DNA of 64,000 nt, from positions 640,001 to 704,000 of the forward strand of contig CAVWEH010000002.1 of assembly GCA_963753975.1 (NCBI GenBank). Direction: 5' to 3'. This DNA is from an uncultured delta proteobacterium (lineage in GTDB: Bacteria > Desulfobacterota > Syntrophia > Syntrophales > Smithellaceae). Under the pieces are notes generated by a model that was not told the DNA's origin, did not search any database, and saw nothing but the letters and a program-made list of their open reading frames with translations. Position 1 is the first letter of the stretch, and each line of letters opens with the position of its first letter. The position numbers were made by a program, and so were the translations under genes. Below are positions 53,159 through 62,573 of this stretch, piece by piece.

Positions 53159-53278
53159 ACTGGCTACCTTTCTTCCTAAAATCATGGGAAAAACTTCAAG
53201 GGCAGTCCGGAGACTGCCTTTGAAGAGCTCCCCTGTCCTTATTCGTTCTAAAATTCAATATCTGTATATTATGGAAAA

Positions 53279-53731
53279 TCAACTTCGCACCAGCAATACA
53301 GGAGATTTGGCTCTTTTCATAACTTTATCGACAACGCCGCCCAGCAAATTTTTCAAAATTCCTGTTTTCCCATGCGAAGCAATTACAATCAGATCAATGC
53401 TTTTTTCTTCCTGTTCTTTGAGTATCTCTTCGTAGGGAATGCCTCTTCTTGTATCATAAACAATTTCTATGTCGGAATGATTGTCCGTAACTTTTTTAAC
53501 TTCCTGTTGCAGTTTATCTTTTGCATTTTTTATACTTTCTTTATAAATTTTCTGGACAACTCCTTCATCCACACAATAATCGACTGCACATTGTTGAAAC
53601 CCGTCATCAATAACATGAAAAAGATAAATCTTGGCTTTATTTTGTTTGGCAATATCTATCGCCTGTTTTAACGCGTTATCCGCATAAACTGAAAAATCCG
53701 TTGGTACTAAGATTTTCTTTGGTGCAAACAT
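53279..53731 (-). CDS. Universal stress protein
   Basis: ILVPTDFS, GIPYEEIL, DLIVIASHG, LLGGVVDKV..PVLLVR. Confidence 0.93.
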   Translation of the reverse strand: MFAPKKILVPTDFSVYADNALKQAIDIAKQNKAKIYLFHVIDDGFQQCAVDYCVDEGVVQKIYKESIKNAKDKLQQEVKKVTDNHSDIEIVYDTRRGIPYEEILKEQEEKSIDLIVIASHGKTGILKNLLGGVVDKVMKRAKSPVLLVRS

Positions 53732-53784
53732 AATGTCCTCCTTATCTTTATTTATCGTTAATATTTATGATTATTCTGAAATTT

Positions 53785-53829
53785 ACAATAATGGTTGTTC
53801 TGTAGGTAAGTAGTAGGATAAAGCTACTA
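53785..53829 (-). promoter_or_regulatory. Upstream motif shared with the wrbA promoter region
   Basis: acaataatggttgttctgtaggtaagtagtaggataaagctacta. Confidence 0.5.
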
Positions 53830-53857
53830 TTTCTGATTTCTGAAAAACATCTACCGC

Positions 53858-53895
53858 AAAAGATCCTCCTCTGTATTGGACAGAGGAGGATCTTT
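53858..53895 (-). terminator. Intrinsic terminator after ferritin
   Basis: aaagatcctcctctgt-attgg-acagaggaggatcttt perfect stem. Confidence 0.8.
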
Positions 53896-53917
53896 AAATT
53901 ATTCAGGCAATACGTTT

Positions 53918-54454
53918 TTATGCAACAATATTGTAAGCTACCGGATCAAGCGGTGATCCTGCTGTAAAAACACGTGTGGCTAGTTCCCGATCCAGCATCA
54001 AAATGCCTTCTTTGGATGTTTCCACCATGGCCAGTTCGCGGGATACTTTTTCCGTATTTTTTTCTTCTTCAATCTGCTCATTTAAAAACCAGGAAAGCAG
54101 CGGCTCGGAGGTATAGTCGTTTTCTTCACGGGATATTTTTGTCAGATTATTAATTTTTCCGGTGATAAATTTTTCATGTTCATAGGCATCCTGCCAGGCC
54201 TCCAGTGGTTTTTTCCAGGTTGTTTTAATCTGCTTTAAATCCAGCAGCGTTACCTGGCCGCCTCTGTCCAGTATGTGATCATAAAACTTCATGGCATGGA
54301 TCATTTCTTCATGCGCCTGACAACGCATCCAGTGCGCCATACCATCAAGATTCTGTGCGTGGAAATAAGCAGTCATCGATAAATAGATGTAGAACGATTC
54401 CATTTCATGTTTTATCTGTTCATTCATCGCATTTCTTATTTTTTCCCCAATCAT
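53918..54454 (-). CDS. Non-heme ferritin
   Basis: NEQIKHEMESFYIYLSM, QAHEEMIHAMKF, HEKFIT, WFLNEQIEEE. Confidence 0.93.
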   Translation of the reverse strand: MIGEKIRNAMNEQIKHEMESFYIYLSMTAYFHAQNLDGMAHWMRCQAHEEMIHAMKFYDHILDRGGQVTLLDLKQIKTTWKKPLEAWQDAYEHEKFITGKINNLTKISREENDYTSEPLLSWFLNEQIEEEKNTEKVSRELAMVETSKEGILMLDRELATRVFTAGSPLDPVAYNIVA

Positions 54455-54544
54455 CTGCCGCACCTTCCTTTCTTAACTTCAAACCGAATTATCTTTTTTC
54501 TTTTTTCAGCCTCATTCTAACCGATAATATTCCACCGATATTTT

Positions 54545-54718
54545 TTATGATACTTTTTCGACATTTTGTTCATTATATTCCGGCGGCGACTGCAAAAGAC
54601 CGGCAATGCGTGTTTTGTATTCAAGAGCAGGAAAATCTTCTTTCAGTAAATGACCGACTAATTTATCTATACGAAATTGCAACTGCTGCCATCCTTGATC
54701 CATTGTGTTCTGATTCAT
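54545..54718 (-). CDS. Divergent CsbD/YjbJ-like small stress protein (57 aa, below the ORF-track cutoff)
   Basis: AGGAGG RBS; MNQNTMDQGWQQLQFRIDKLVGHLLKEDF..RIAGLLQ..EQNVEK follows the CsbD pattern. Confidence 0.55.
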   Translation of the reverse strand: MNQNTMDQGWQQLQFRIDKLVGHLLKEDFPALEYKTRIAGLLQSPPEYNEQNVEKVS

Positions 54719-54848
54719 AAATGACCTCCTTTATTTGATTATTATGTTGTGTTAACAACTAATTATTTTATTGTTGTAATCGTTCTTTTTTTACTTAAAT
54801 TGAATACTATAGCTCACATTCCCCGCAACTTATGGTGGAGAGCTCCAC

Positions 54849-55466
54849 TTAATCTTTACGTGCCAATTTTGCAGCAATTTGAGCAACATGCTTGCCCTGG
54901 TATCTTGCGGCCTGCAGTTCATTTTCGCTGGGCATTCTTTCACCCTTACCGCCAGCAATGGTGGAAGCGCCATAAGGAGATGAACCGGTGATTTCATCAA
55001 TACGCATTTGCCCTCCAAAAGCATAAGGCAAGCCTACAATGATCATTCCTTGATGAAGCAGGGTAGTATGGAAGCTGAGGATTGTTGATTCCTGGCCTCC
55101 ATGTTGTGTTGCCGAGCTGGTAAAGACACTTCCTACTTTACCGACAAGAAGCCCCTTGGCCCAAACCCCTCCCGTGGAATCGAGAAATTGACGCATCTGA
55201 CCGCACATATTGCCGAAACGCGTCGGTGTGCCGAATATAATTGCATCAGCAGAAACCAAATCGTCTGCAGTACAAACATTAATCTGAGCAGTTTTCTTCT
55301 GAAAATCCAGGGCTCCCATTTTCTTTAAAGCGTCAGCGGGCAAAGTTTCCGGTACGCGATAGATTTTCACTTCGGCGCCTCTGACCTGTTTTACGCCTTC
55401 AGCTACTGCTTCAGCCATTTTATATATATGACCATACATCGAGTAATAAACGATTAGAACCTTCAT
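54849..55466 (-). CDS. wrbA: NAD(P)H:quinone oxidoreductase WrbA
   Basis: [33 protein letters not shown]. Confidence 0.96.
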   Translation of the reverse strand: MKVLIVYYSMYGHIYKMAEAVAEGVKQVRGAEVKIYRVPETLPADALKKMGALDFQKKTAQINVCTADDLVSADAIIFGTPTRFGNMCGQMRQFLDSTGGVWAKGLLVGKVGSVFTSSATQHGGQESTILSFHTTLLHQGMIIVGLPYAFGGQMRIDEITGSSPYGASTIAGGKGERMPSENELQAARYQGKHVAQIAAKLARKD

Positions 55467-55585
55467 AACCTTCTTATCCTTCCCTTTGATGACTTTTCAG
55501 TTGGAATGAAATAATTATTCTTATCGCTGTTCTTCCTTACGGATTTCATCTTGCGACTGTAAATTAATGTAAGGGGTGAATGAAA

Positions 55586-55630
55586 ACAATACTGATTAAT
55601 TGTAAGGGAAATAGTAGGTAATGCCTACCA
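55586..55630 (-). promoter_or_regulatory. Upstream motif shared with the usp promoter region, includes GTAGG-N5-CCTAC palindrome
   Basis: acaatactgattaattgtaagggaaatagtaggtaatgcctacca. Confidence 0.5.
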
Positions 55631-55683
55631 CCCCTTTAAAAGATGATGAAACTTACAAAGGGGATTAAAAGAGAAAAATTTTA

Positions 55684-56772
55684 TTATTCTCGCCTCATGA
55701 CATGTACAGCAGTGGCTTTGAAGGACACGACTACATTTGAATTTTCACGTATGCCCAGATCCTCGCAAGAAGGCGTGGTGATATAAGCAACGAGAGAAAA
55801 ACCGCAGTCCAAAACGAGTTTATAAAAAAACCCTTGCCGGACAATTTTCCCAATTTTTGCGTCAAAGATATTACGCGCGCTTATTTTGCCCTGTGTATCT
55901 TTGGATATCGTAATATTTTCCGGCCGTAAACAACAGTGAACATTTTGTCCCGGAGCGAAATTGCCTACGGCTTCAATAATTTTTCCAGCTACGGAAATCT
56001 CCATCAGGCCTGCATTGCTGCTTTTGACAGTGCCTTCCAAAACCGATTCTGTTCCGACGAAGTTAGCTATAAATTCATCAGCCGGCTGATTAAATATTTC
56101 TGCAGTTGTTCCCGATTGCACGATTTTACCGCCGTTCATGAACGCAACATTCTGTGCCAAACGCAGTGTTTCTTCTCGGTCGTGCAGCGCCACCACGGCC
56201 GTTATTTTTGTTTCCTTTAAAATCCGCTGCAAATCGTCAATGATGGCTTCACGGGAAGGCGGATCAAGAGAGTTAAAGGGTTCATCCAATAAAATCAGTT
56301 GGGGCTGAAGGGCAAAAGCGCGCGCCAGTGATACCCTTCTGGCTTCACCTCCCGAAAGTGATTTCGCCGATCTTTTTTCCAGTTGCGCGATTCCAAAATA
56401 ATCCAATGATTCGCCAACACGATTTTTGATCTCATAATTTTTTACTTTTCGAAATTTCAAACCAAGGGCAACATTTTCATAAACCGAACTACTAAGAAGT
56501 AAGGGCTCCTGAAAAACGACGGCTGCGTTGCGGCGGAGAATCATGCGGTCAACACGCGAATTTATCGGCAATTCTTGGAAATAGAGCTGTCCCTGCCAAG
56601 GCTTCAACAAACCGGCCATCGTTAAAAGCAGGCTGGACTTCCCGGCACCGTTGGGTCCGATCAAGACGAATATTTTCCCCCGTTCCACAGTGAGTTCGCT
56701 AATATTCAATACAGCTACACCGCCGCGCTGAACGATTAAATTTTTAACGGTAAGAATATTCTCAGATTTCAT
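55684..56772 (-). CDS. tupC: Tungstate ABC transporter ATPase with TOBE domains
   Basis: GPNGAGKS, LSGGE, LLDEP, C-terminal SARN..SFKATAVH. Confidence 0.85.
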   Translation of the reverse strand: MKSENILTVKNLIVQRGGVAVLNISELTVERGKIFVLIGPNGAGKSSLLLTMAGLLKPWQGQLYFQELPINSRVDRMILRRNAAVVFQEPLLLSSSVYENVALGLKFRKVKNYEIKNRVGESLDYFGIAQLEKRSAKSLSGGEARRVSLARAFALQPQLILLDEPFNSLDPPSREAIIDDLQRILKETKITAVVALHDREETLRLAQNVAFMNGGKIVQSGTTAEIFNQPADEFIANFVGTESVLEGTVKSSNAGLMEISVAGKIIEAVGNFAPGQNVHCCLRPENITISKDTQGKISARNIFDAKIGKIVRQGFFYKLVLDCGFSLVAYITTPSCEDLGIRENSNVVVSFKATAVHVMRRE

Positions 56773-57467
56773 CGCGTATGCTGCCTTTGCTGTATCTGCG
56801 TGAGCAGGAGATTAACGAGGAAGGCGAGCAGCAGCAGGATAATACTCAGCGCAATAGCGATGTCAAAATTTCCTTTGCCGGTTTCCATAACCGTGGCTGT
56901 GGTGAGCACGCGTGAATACCCCTTGATATTACCGCCGACCATGATGGAAGCACCAACTTCGGAAATCACTCCTCCAAAACCGGCCATAACCGCCGCCAGA
57001 AGCGGCAACTTTGCTTCTTTGATCAATACCCACACCATCTGCAACCGGCTTGCTCCCAGCGAAAGAATCTGCATGCGCAAATTTGGCGGCAAATTTTGCA
57101 TGGCGGCAAGCGAGATACCCATTACAATGGGCGTAGCAATAATTGCCTGCGCGACAATCATAGCGGTTGGTGTATAAAGAATCTCCATAAACCCTAGAGG
57201 ACCGCTGCGCCAAATCATGATAGTCACAAACAATCCAACAACGACGGGTGGCAAGCCCATCCCCGTATTGATTAAACTGATGACCAGCCTCTTCCCGCGA
57301 AAATTGGTTAAAGCAATGGCTGTTCCAATGGAAACCCCGATGAAAAGGCTGATGAATGTAGCTGTCCCCGATACCTTCAGAGACAGCCATGTAATGCCCA
57401 AAACTTCCGGGTCAAAAGAAATAATCAGCTCAAATGCCTTGATAACGCCTTGTAATATTAATTCCAA
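56769..57467 (-). CDS. tupB: Tungstate ABC transporter permease
   Basis: NTGMGLPPVVVGL, ISEVGASIMVGGNI..RVLTTA. Confidence 0.92.
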   Translation of the reverse strand: MELILQGVIKAFELIISFDPEVLGITWLSLKVSGTATFISLFIGVSIGTAIALTNFRGKRLVISLINTGMGLPPVVVGLFVTIMIWRSGPLGFMEILYTPTAMIVAQAIIATPIVMGISLAAMQNLPPNLRMQILSLGASRLQMVWVLIKEAKLPLLAAVMAGFGGVISEVGASIMVGGNIKGYSRVLTTATVMETGKGNFDIAIALSIILLLLAFLVNLLLTQIQQRQHTR

Positions 57468-57491
57468 TCAATGCCTCTGACAATTCTATTG

Positions 57492-58364
57492 CTATTTTCC
57501 TAAATCTTCCATCGTTTTGCCCGCGTCGGGGAAGAACAAAGGCGAACCGAATTTATCCACGCCGAATGTTTTAATTATTTCCTGCGTTTTTTTGGAGATC
57601 ATAAAATCGGCAAATGCTTTCGCACCGGCCGCGTTGACTTTCGACCATTTAGCGCTGTTGACTTCAATCACGTGATAAATATTGAGCAGCGCCGCATCGC
57701 CTTCCACCAGAATATCCAATCCCAGATTTTTCTTGAGGGCTAAATAGGTTCCACGGTCGGCGAGCGTATAGCCTTTTTTCTCCGCCGCAACATTCAAAGT
57801 CTGTCCCATACCTAATCCGGTTTCCTGATACCAATTCTGCCCGACAGGATTGATCTCTGCTTTATTCCATATTTTTTTTTCTTTCGCATCTGTTCCCGAA
57901 TTATCTCCGCGCGATAAAAACAAAGCGTTCGCTTTAGCAATCAACTTAAGTGTTTCAGACGATGATTTCATCCCTTTAATTTTGGCCGGATCAGCACCCG
58001 GTCCGACAATAATGAAATCATTGTGCATCACTAAACGCCGGTTGATGCCATAACCCTCATCGATAAACTTTTTTTCTGCATCCGGTGAATGAACAAGCAG
58101 GACATCCGCTTCGCCCCTCTGTCCCATCGCCATGGCCTGACCGGAACCGACAGCAATAGTCTTGACAAAGTAGCCTGTTTGTTTTTCAAATATAGGAATC
58201 AGCACATCGAGCAATCCTGAGTCCTGCGTGCTCGTCGTTGTCGCCAGAAGAATGTTTTTCTGTTTGGATTGCGGCTTGGCGGCTAAAGAATTTGATGCGC
58301 CAAAGGCAAATAATACCGCCGTGATGAATATAATGATTAATTTATTGTTTCTTAATAATTTCAT
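57492..58364 (-). CDS. tupA: Tungstate-binding protein
   Basis: ATTTSTQDSGLL, AVGSGQA, VMHNDF, SRGDNSGT, YTLADRGT. Confidence 0.92.
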   Translation of the reverse strand: MKLLRNNKLIIIFITAVLFAFGASNSLAAKPQSKQKNILLATTTSTQDSGLLDVLIPIFEKQTGYFVKTIAVGSGQAMAMGQRGEADVLLVHSPDAEKKFIDEGYGINRRLVMHNDFIIVGPGADPAKIKGMKSSSETLKLIAKANALFLSRGDNSGTDAKEKKIWNKAEINPVGQNWYQETGLGMGQTLNVAAEKKGYTLADRGTYLALKKNLGLDILVEGDAALLNIYHVIEVNSAKWSKVNAAGAKAFADFMISKKTQEIIKTFGVDKFGSPLFFPDAGKTMEDLGK

Positions 58365-58380
58365 TTTACACTCCTTGTAA

Positions 58381-59259
58381 TTAAAATATTTTGATTTGTT
58401 TTATTTTTCTCTGAGCTCTCTGCCATTCTAGAGAATTAGGGAAAAATAGGGGCGAACCGTATTTATCCTTGCCAAAATCCCGGATAATGAGCTGTCCTTT
58501 TTTAGGCGAGGTCAGCCATTTAACAAAGGTTATCGTATCATTGTGATTAACTTTGGGGAATTTTTTTGGATTAACCGGTATGAGTGAAATATAATTTAAA
58601 AGAGCTTCATCACTTTCGACCAGAATGGCCAGCTTAATTTGATCCTTCAGCGATAGATATGTAGCGCGGTCAATCAATGTATAGGCCGCCTGCCGATCCG
58701 TGTATTTCAATGTGGCGACATTCCCCTCCGCACCTTTTTCATAAATCACATACCATGATCTTTCCGGCTTGACGTCCGCTTTTTTCCAGAGCTCCATTTC
58801 CGCCACATTGGTCCCTGATTTATCCCCGCGGCTGATAAAAGTAGAGCCGCTGGTCATAATTTTTTTTAGTGCCTCCGTCGCTATTTTTGATCCCTTAATG
58901 GCGGCGGGATCGGCAGCAGGCCCAACAATAACAAAATCATTGTACATGAGAGGAATTCTTCGTGTACCGAAACCATCAGCGACAAACTTTTCTTCCAAAG
59001 ATTTGGCGTGAACCATCACCAAGTCGATCTGGCCTTTCGTAGCCATATCCAGTGCTGCGCCTGTTCCCGCGCCCACGTGGCGAACACGAATACCCGTATC
59101 TTTTTCAAACCTATCTTCTAAAACGCTGACAATTCCCGAGTCAATGGGGCCGATGGTGCTGGATAACAGGATAAACTTATACCCACCTCCTGCCAGTGCA
59201 ATAGACGGGAAAACTAAAAGAAGTAAGACTAAACATTTACCAATACTTTTTTTCATCAT
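58381..59259 (-). CDS. Second TupA-like oxyanion-binding protein with altered motif
   Basis: LSSTIGPIDSG instead of ATTTSTQDSG; GTGAAL, MYNDF, SRGDKSGT, DRATY. Confidence 0.85.
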   Translation of the reverse strand: MMKKSIGKCLVLLLLVFPSIALAGGGYKFILLSSTIGPIDSGIVSVLEDRFEKDTGIRVRHVGAGTGAALDMATKGQIDLVMVHAKSLEEKFVADGFGTRRIPLMYNDFVIVGPAADPAAIKGSKIATEALKKIMTSGSTFISRGDKSGTNVAEMELWKKADVKPERSWYVIYEKGAEGNVATLKYTDRQAAYTLIDRATYLSLKDQIKLAILVESDEALLNYISLIPVNPKKFPKVNHNDTITFVKWLTSPKKGQLIIRDFGKDKYGSPLFFPNSLEWQRAQRKIKQIKIF

Positions 59260-59301
59260 CCCCGACTCCTTTTCTTACTTTAATATTTTATAGAGAATAG
59301 A

Positions 59302-60219
59302 TCATTGCTGGGAATAAAGAATTTTCCCGGAGTCTCTGAAATCATAACCGCCGATTTTTTCCACACGGCCGCGGAATGCATTCGATTTTAGTGTCTCGAT
59401 GAATGATTGCACGCCCGCTTGAAAATACGTGGATTGATCAAGAATCATATCAAAGCATTCTGAAGTTATAGGCTCAAAAGCCAGCCTTAAAAGCTTTCCT
59501 ATGGCGGCAGAGGCTATACCAACATCGGCTTCACCGGAAAGAATAGAAAGGCCTACCTCAAAATGAGTATAAACTTCTTTTTCATACCCATCGATTTCTT
59601 CAGGATCAATTCCCAATTTCTGTAAATGATAATCCAAAAGCAGCCTCGTTCCCGAACCTTTTTGGCGGTTGATGAAACTAATTTTTCTGCCGGCAAGGCT
59701 TTCAAATCCGGTAATATGAGAAGATTTACTTTGCTGACACAGAAAACCCAGCTCGCGATAAAAGAGGTTGACAACCACGGGGTTAACGTTTTGCAGATAG
59801 CGGGGCAAATACGGGATATTATATTGACCGCTTTCGGGATCGAAAAGATGGGATAAGGCAATATCGGTCAATCCTTCATTGAGCGCTTTTAGACCATTAA
59901 CGCTTCCGGTGTTGGCTGAAAAAATATAAAAATCGGGATGAGATTTTTTTGTCGCGGTCAAGAGCATGTCCAAAACGGGATCGTTACTGCCGGAGGCTAG
60001 AATAGCGCCGCTAATTCTATTGCTCTTATTTCGTGCTTGTTTCAGACCGGATTGCGCATTAGTTTCAATCCATTCATCGATAAATTTTTTGGGGAATATC
60101 CACTTGCCTGTTACCCGCGTGCAGGGAATTCGTCCGGCTTTAATCAAGGCGTAAACCTGTTTTTCGTGGATATCAAGATATTCAGCCACTTCCTTAGTAT
60201 TCATTAATTCTTCAGACAT
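59302..60219 (-). CDS. Excisionase-type HTH plus molybdate/tungstate-binding (PBP-like) regulator
   Basis: MNTKEVAEYL..IPCTRVTGKWIFP; GSND, GSVNGL, INRQKGSGTR, GEADVG. Confidence 0.88.
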   Translation of the reverse strand: MSEELMNTKEVAEYLDIHEKQVYALIKAGRIPCTRVTGKWIFPKKFIDEWIETNAQSGLKQARNKSNRISGAILASGSNDPVLDMLLTATKKSHPDFYIFSANTGSVNGLKALNEGLTDIALSHLFDPESGQYNIPYLPRYLQNVNPVVVNLFYRELGFLCQQSKSSHITGFESLAGRKISFINRQKGSGTRLLLDYHLQKLGIDPEEIDGYEKEVYTHFEVGLSILSGEADVGIASAAIGKLLRLAFEPITSECFDMILDQSTYFQAGVQSFIETLKSNAFRGRVEKIGGYDFRDSGKILYSQQ

Positions 60220-60432
60220 AACACCCCCTAATAGACAGTTTTTTACATAAACGATGCCGACAAGAACTTCAAGGTATATTATTGTAAATCTTTACTAATT
60301 CCTACTTATTATTCCAAGAATCATGTTTAGCAGCCGTATAATTATAGCTTCATACAAAAAATTTCTTGACAAAAGAAAAATAAATGATACACCTGTTTCA
60401 AATATTTGTTTAAAGTGATTGTTTCAATTAAT

Positions 60433-61062
60433 ATGATCGCTGAAAAAAAAGTAAAACCGAGGGTAGAATCAATACTGAAAGCAGCCGGGGAAATATTTGC
60501 TGAACAAGGCTTTCGCAAAACTACCGTACGGGAAATATGTAAGCGCTCCCGGGTAAACTTAGCAGCAATAAACTATTATTTCGGCGACAAAGAAAGATTA
60601 TATCTGGCCGTTTTAAAATATTACCGTGAACTTGCTATACAAAAATACCCCCTTACTTTCAGCATCAATGAAACGGATACACCCAAAGATAAGCTCAGTA
60701 ATTTTATTCATACTTTTATCTATCGTTTTCTGGAAAAAGGAAAAACTTCATTATTTGGCAAACTTCTTGCCCGGGAATTTACCGAATCTACCGCGGCGTT
60801 AGATGTTTTAGTGGAAGACTTCATCAAGCCAACGTTTATCAAATTATCCTCTATCGTCAGAGAAATTGTGGGCAATAAACCTCCTGACAAAATAATAGAA
60901 CTTTGTGCTATGAGTATTATTGGTCAATGTCTTTATTTCCGTAATGCCCGGCCTATTATTTTCCGGCTGCGGCATAAAGAAGGATATACTGACGAAGACA
61001 TAAAAGAAATAGCCGAACACATAATAAATTTTTCACTAAAAGGGTTGCTTAACTATCAATAA
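60433..61062 (+). CDS. TetR-family regulator with CecR/DUF1956-type C-terminus
   Basis: AAGEIFAEQGFRKTTVREIC..NLAAINYYFGDKERLY; SIIGQC; HIINFSLKGL. Confidence 0.88.
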   Translation: MIAEKKVKPRVESILKAAGEIFAEQGFRKTTVREICKRSRVNLAAINYYFGDKERLYLAVLKYYRELAIQKYPLTFSINETDTPKDKLSNFIHTFIYRFLEKGKTSLFGKLLAREFTESTAALDVLVEDFIKPTFIKLSSIVREIVGNKPPDKIIELCAMSIIGQCLYFRNARPIIFRLRHKEGYTDEDIKEIAEHIINFSLKGLLNYQ

Positions 61063-61233
61063 CATATAAACTATGATCAGATAATAAATGTCGAGAAAAA
61101 TATTACTCAACATCATCTTAATTTTTATTATCCGGTCAAAATGTTTCGGTAACGTATATAATTACCAAAGATACAAAACTCAATGTGCAGCAAAGCATTG
61201 AAATTATCAAAAAAGGAATAGGTAAAATTTGGC

Positions 61234-62512
61234 ATGAATCAACCATCAAAGCTGGAAACTCACACTGGACCTCATTTAACCAGAATTCAAAGATTCTTTC
61301 ATTTTATCCGCCGCCACTGGATAATTATTATTGTATCCATTGTAATTATCATTGCGGGCAAAATATTCCTTGTGCCAAACATGGTGAAGTTTGGTACAGG
61401 TAAAAAATCTTTTGATCAGCCTCCACAGCCTGTAACGGCCTTAATGACAAATAAAGCTGATTTTGATGTATATCTGAAAGGGTTAGGTACCGTCATTCCC
61501 ACAAACACCGTTACTGTCAAATCTCAGGTCAGTGGCCAGCTAATGAGCGTGCACTTTAAAGAAGGACAGCATGTTAATAAAGGTGACTTGATTGCAGAAA
61601 TTGATCCACGCCCTTTCCAGGTTCAACTTATGCAGGCCGAAGGGCAGCTTGCCCGTGACGAAGCGTTTCTGAAAAACGCCGAGAGCTGATCTGGCGCTTT
61701 ACAAACAGTTGCTTGCCCAGGATTCTATTGCCGCGCAACAGGTAACAACGCAGGAATCATTGGTGAAGCAGTACCGCGGTGTAATTGAAACAGACAAGGG
61801 TCAAATCGCCAATGCTAAACTCCAGCTTACTTATGCCCGCGTTATCGCCCCGATTACCGGACGCGTCGGTTTGCGGCAAGTTGATCCCGGCAATATGGTT
61901 CAGGTTAACGATCCCAACGGTATAGTGGTAATCACACAACTGCAACCGATCACAGTCGTATTTTCACTGCCTCAGGACAATTTGACGATTTTGATGAAAC
62001 GCTGGAATGCCGGGACAACCTTACCTGTCCAGGCCTATGATCAGGAAGGCAAGATATTACTGGCCAGCGGCAAACTGCTCGCAATTGACAATCAGATCGA
62101 TACTACAACAGGAACAATTAAACTGAAGGCGATATTTGACAATAAAGATAACAAACTTTTTCCCAACCAGTTTGTTAATGTTCGGCTGAAAGTGGATACT
62201 CTTCGTGATGCAACTGTAATGTCCACTGCTGCAGTGCAGCGCGGCAGTATCGGTACTTTTGCTTATGTGGTCAAAGATGACAAAAGTGTAACTGTAAGGA
62301 TGTTGAAACTAGGACCTACTGAAGGCGATAATGTCGTCGTAATGGAAGGCCTGGTACCCGGAGAATTGGTGGTGACCGTCGGAGGTGATAAACTGCGTGA
62401 AGGCACCAAAGTAGAGATTATGACGCCGAACAGTAAAGAAGCATCAGTGCGTACAGACAAAACAACCACAGCTCCCAAACAAAAAACGCGGCAGACTTCA
62501 GCACCAAAGTAA
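61234..62512 (+). CDS. mdtA: RND membrane-fusion protein MdtA-like, +1 frameshift near 61683
   Basis: [64 protein letters not shown]. Confidence 0.88.
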
Positions 62513-62573
62513 ACTATGTCGGCTTTGATTCTCGTCTATATAATTACCGCACCTCAATAAGATAGGCAAATAT

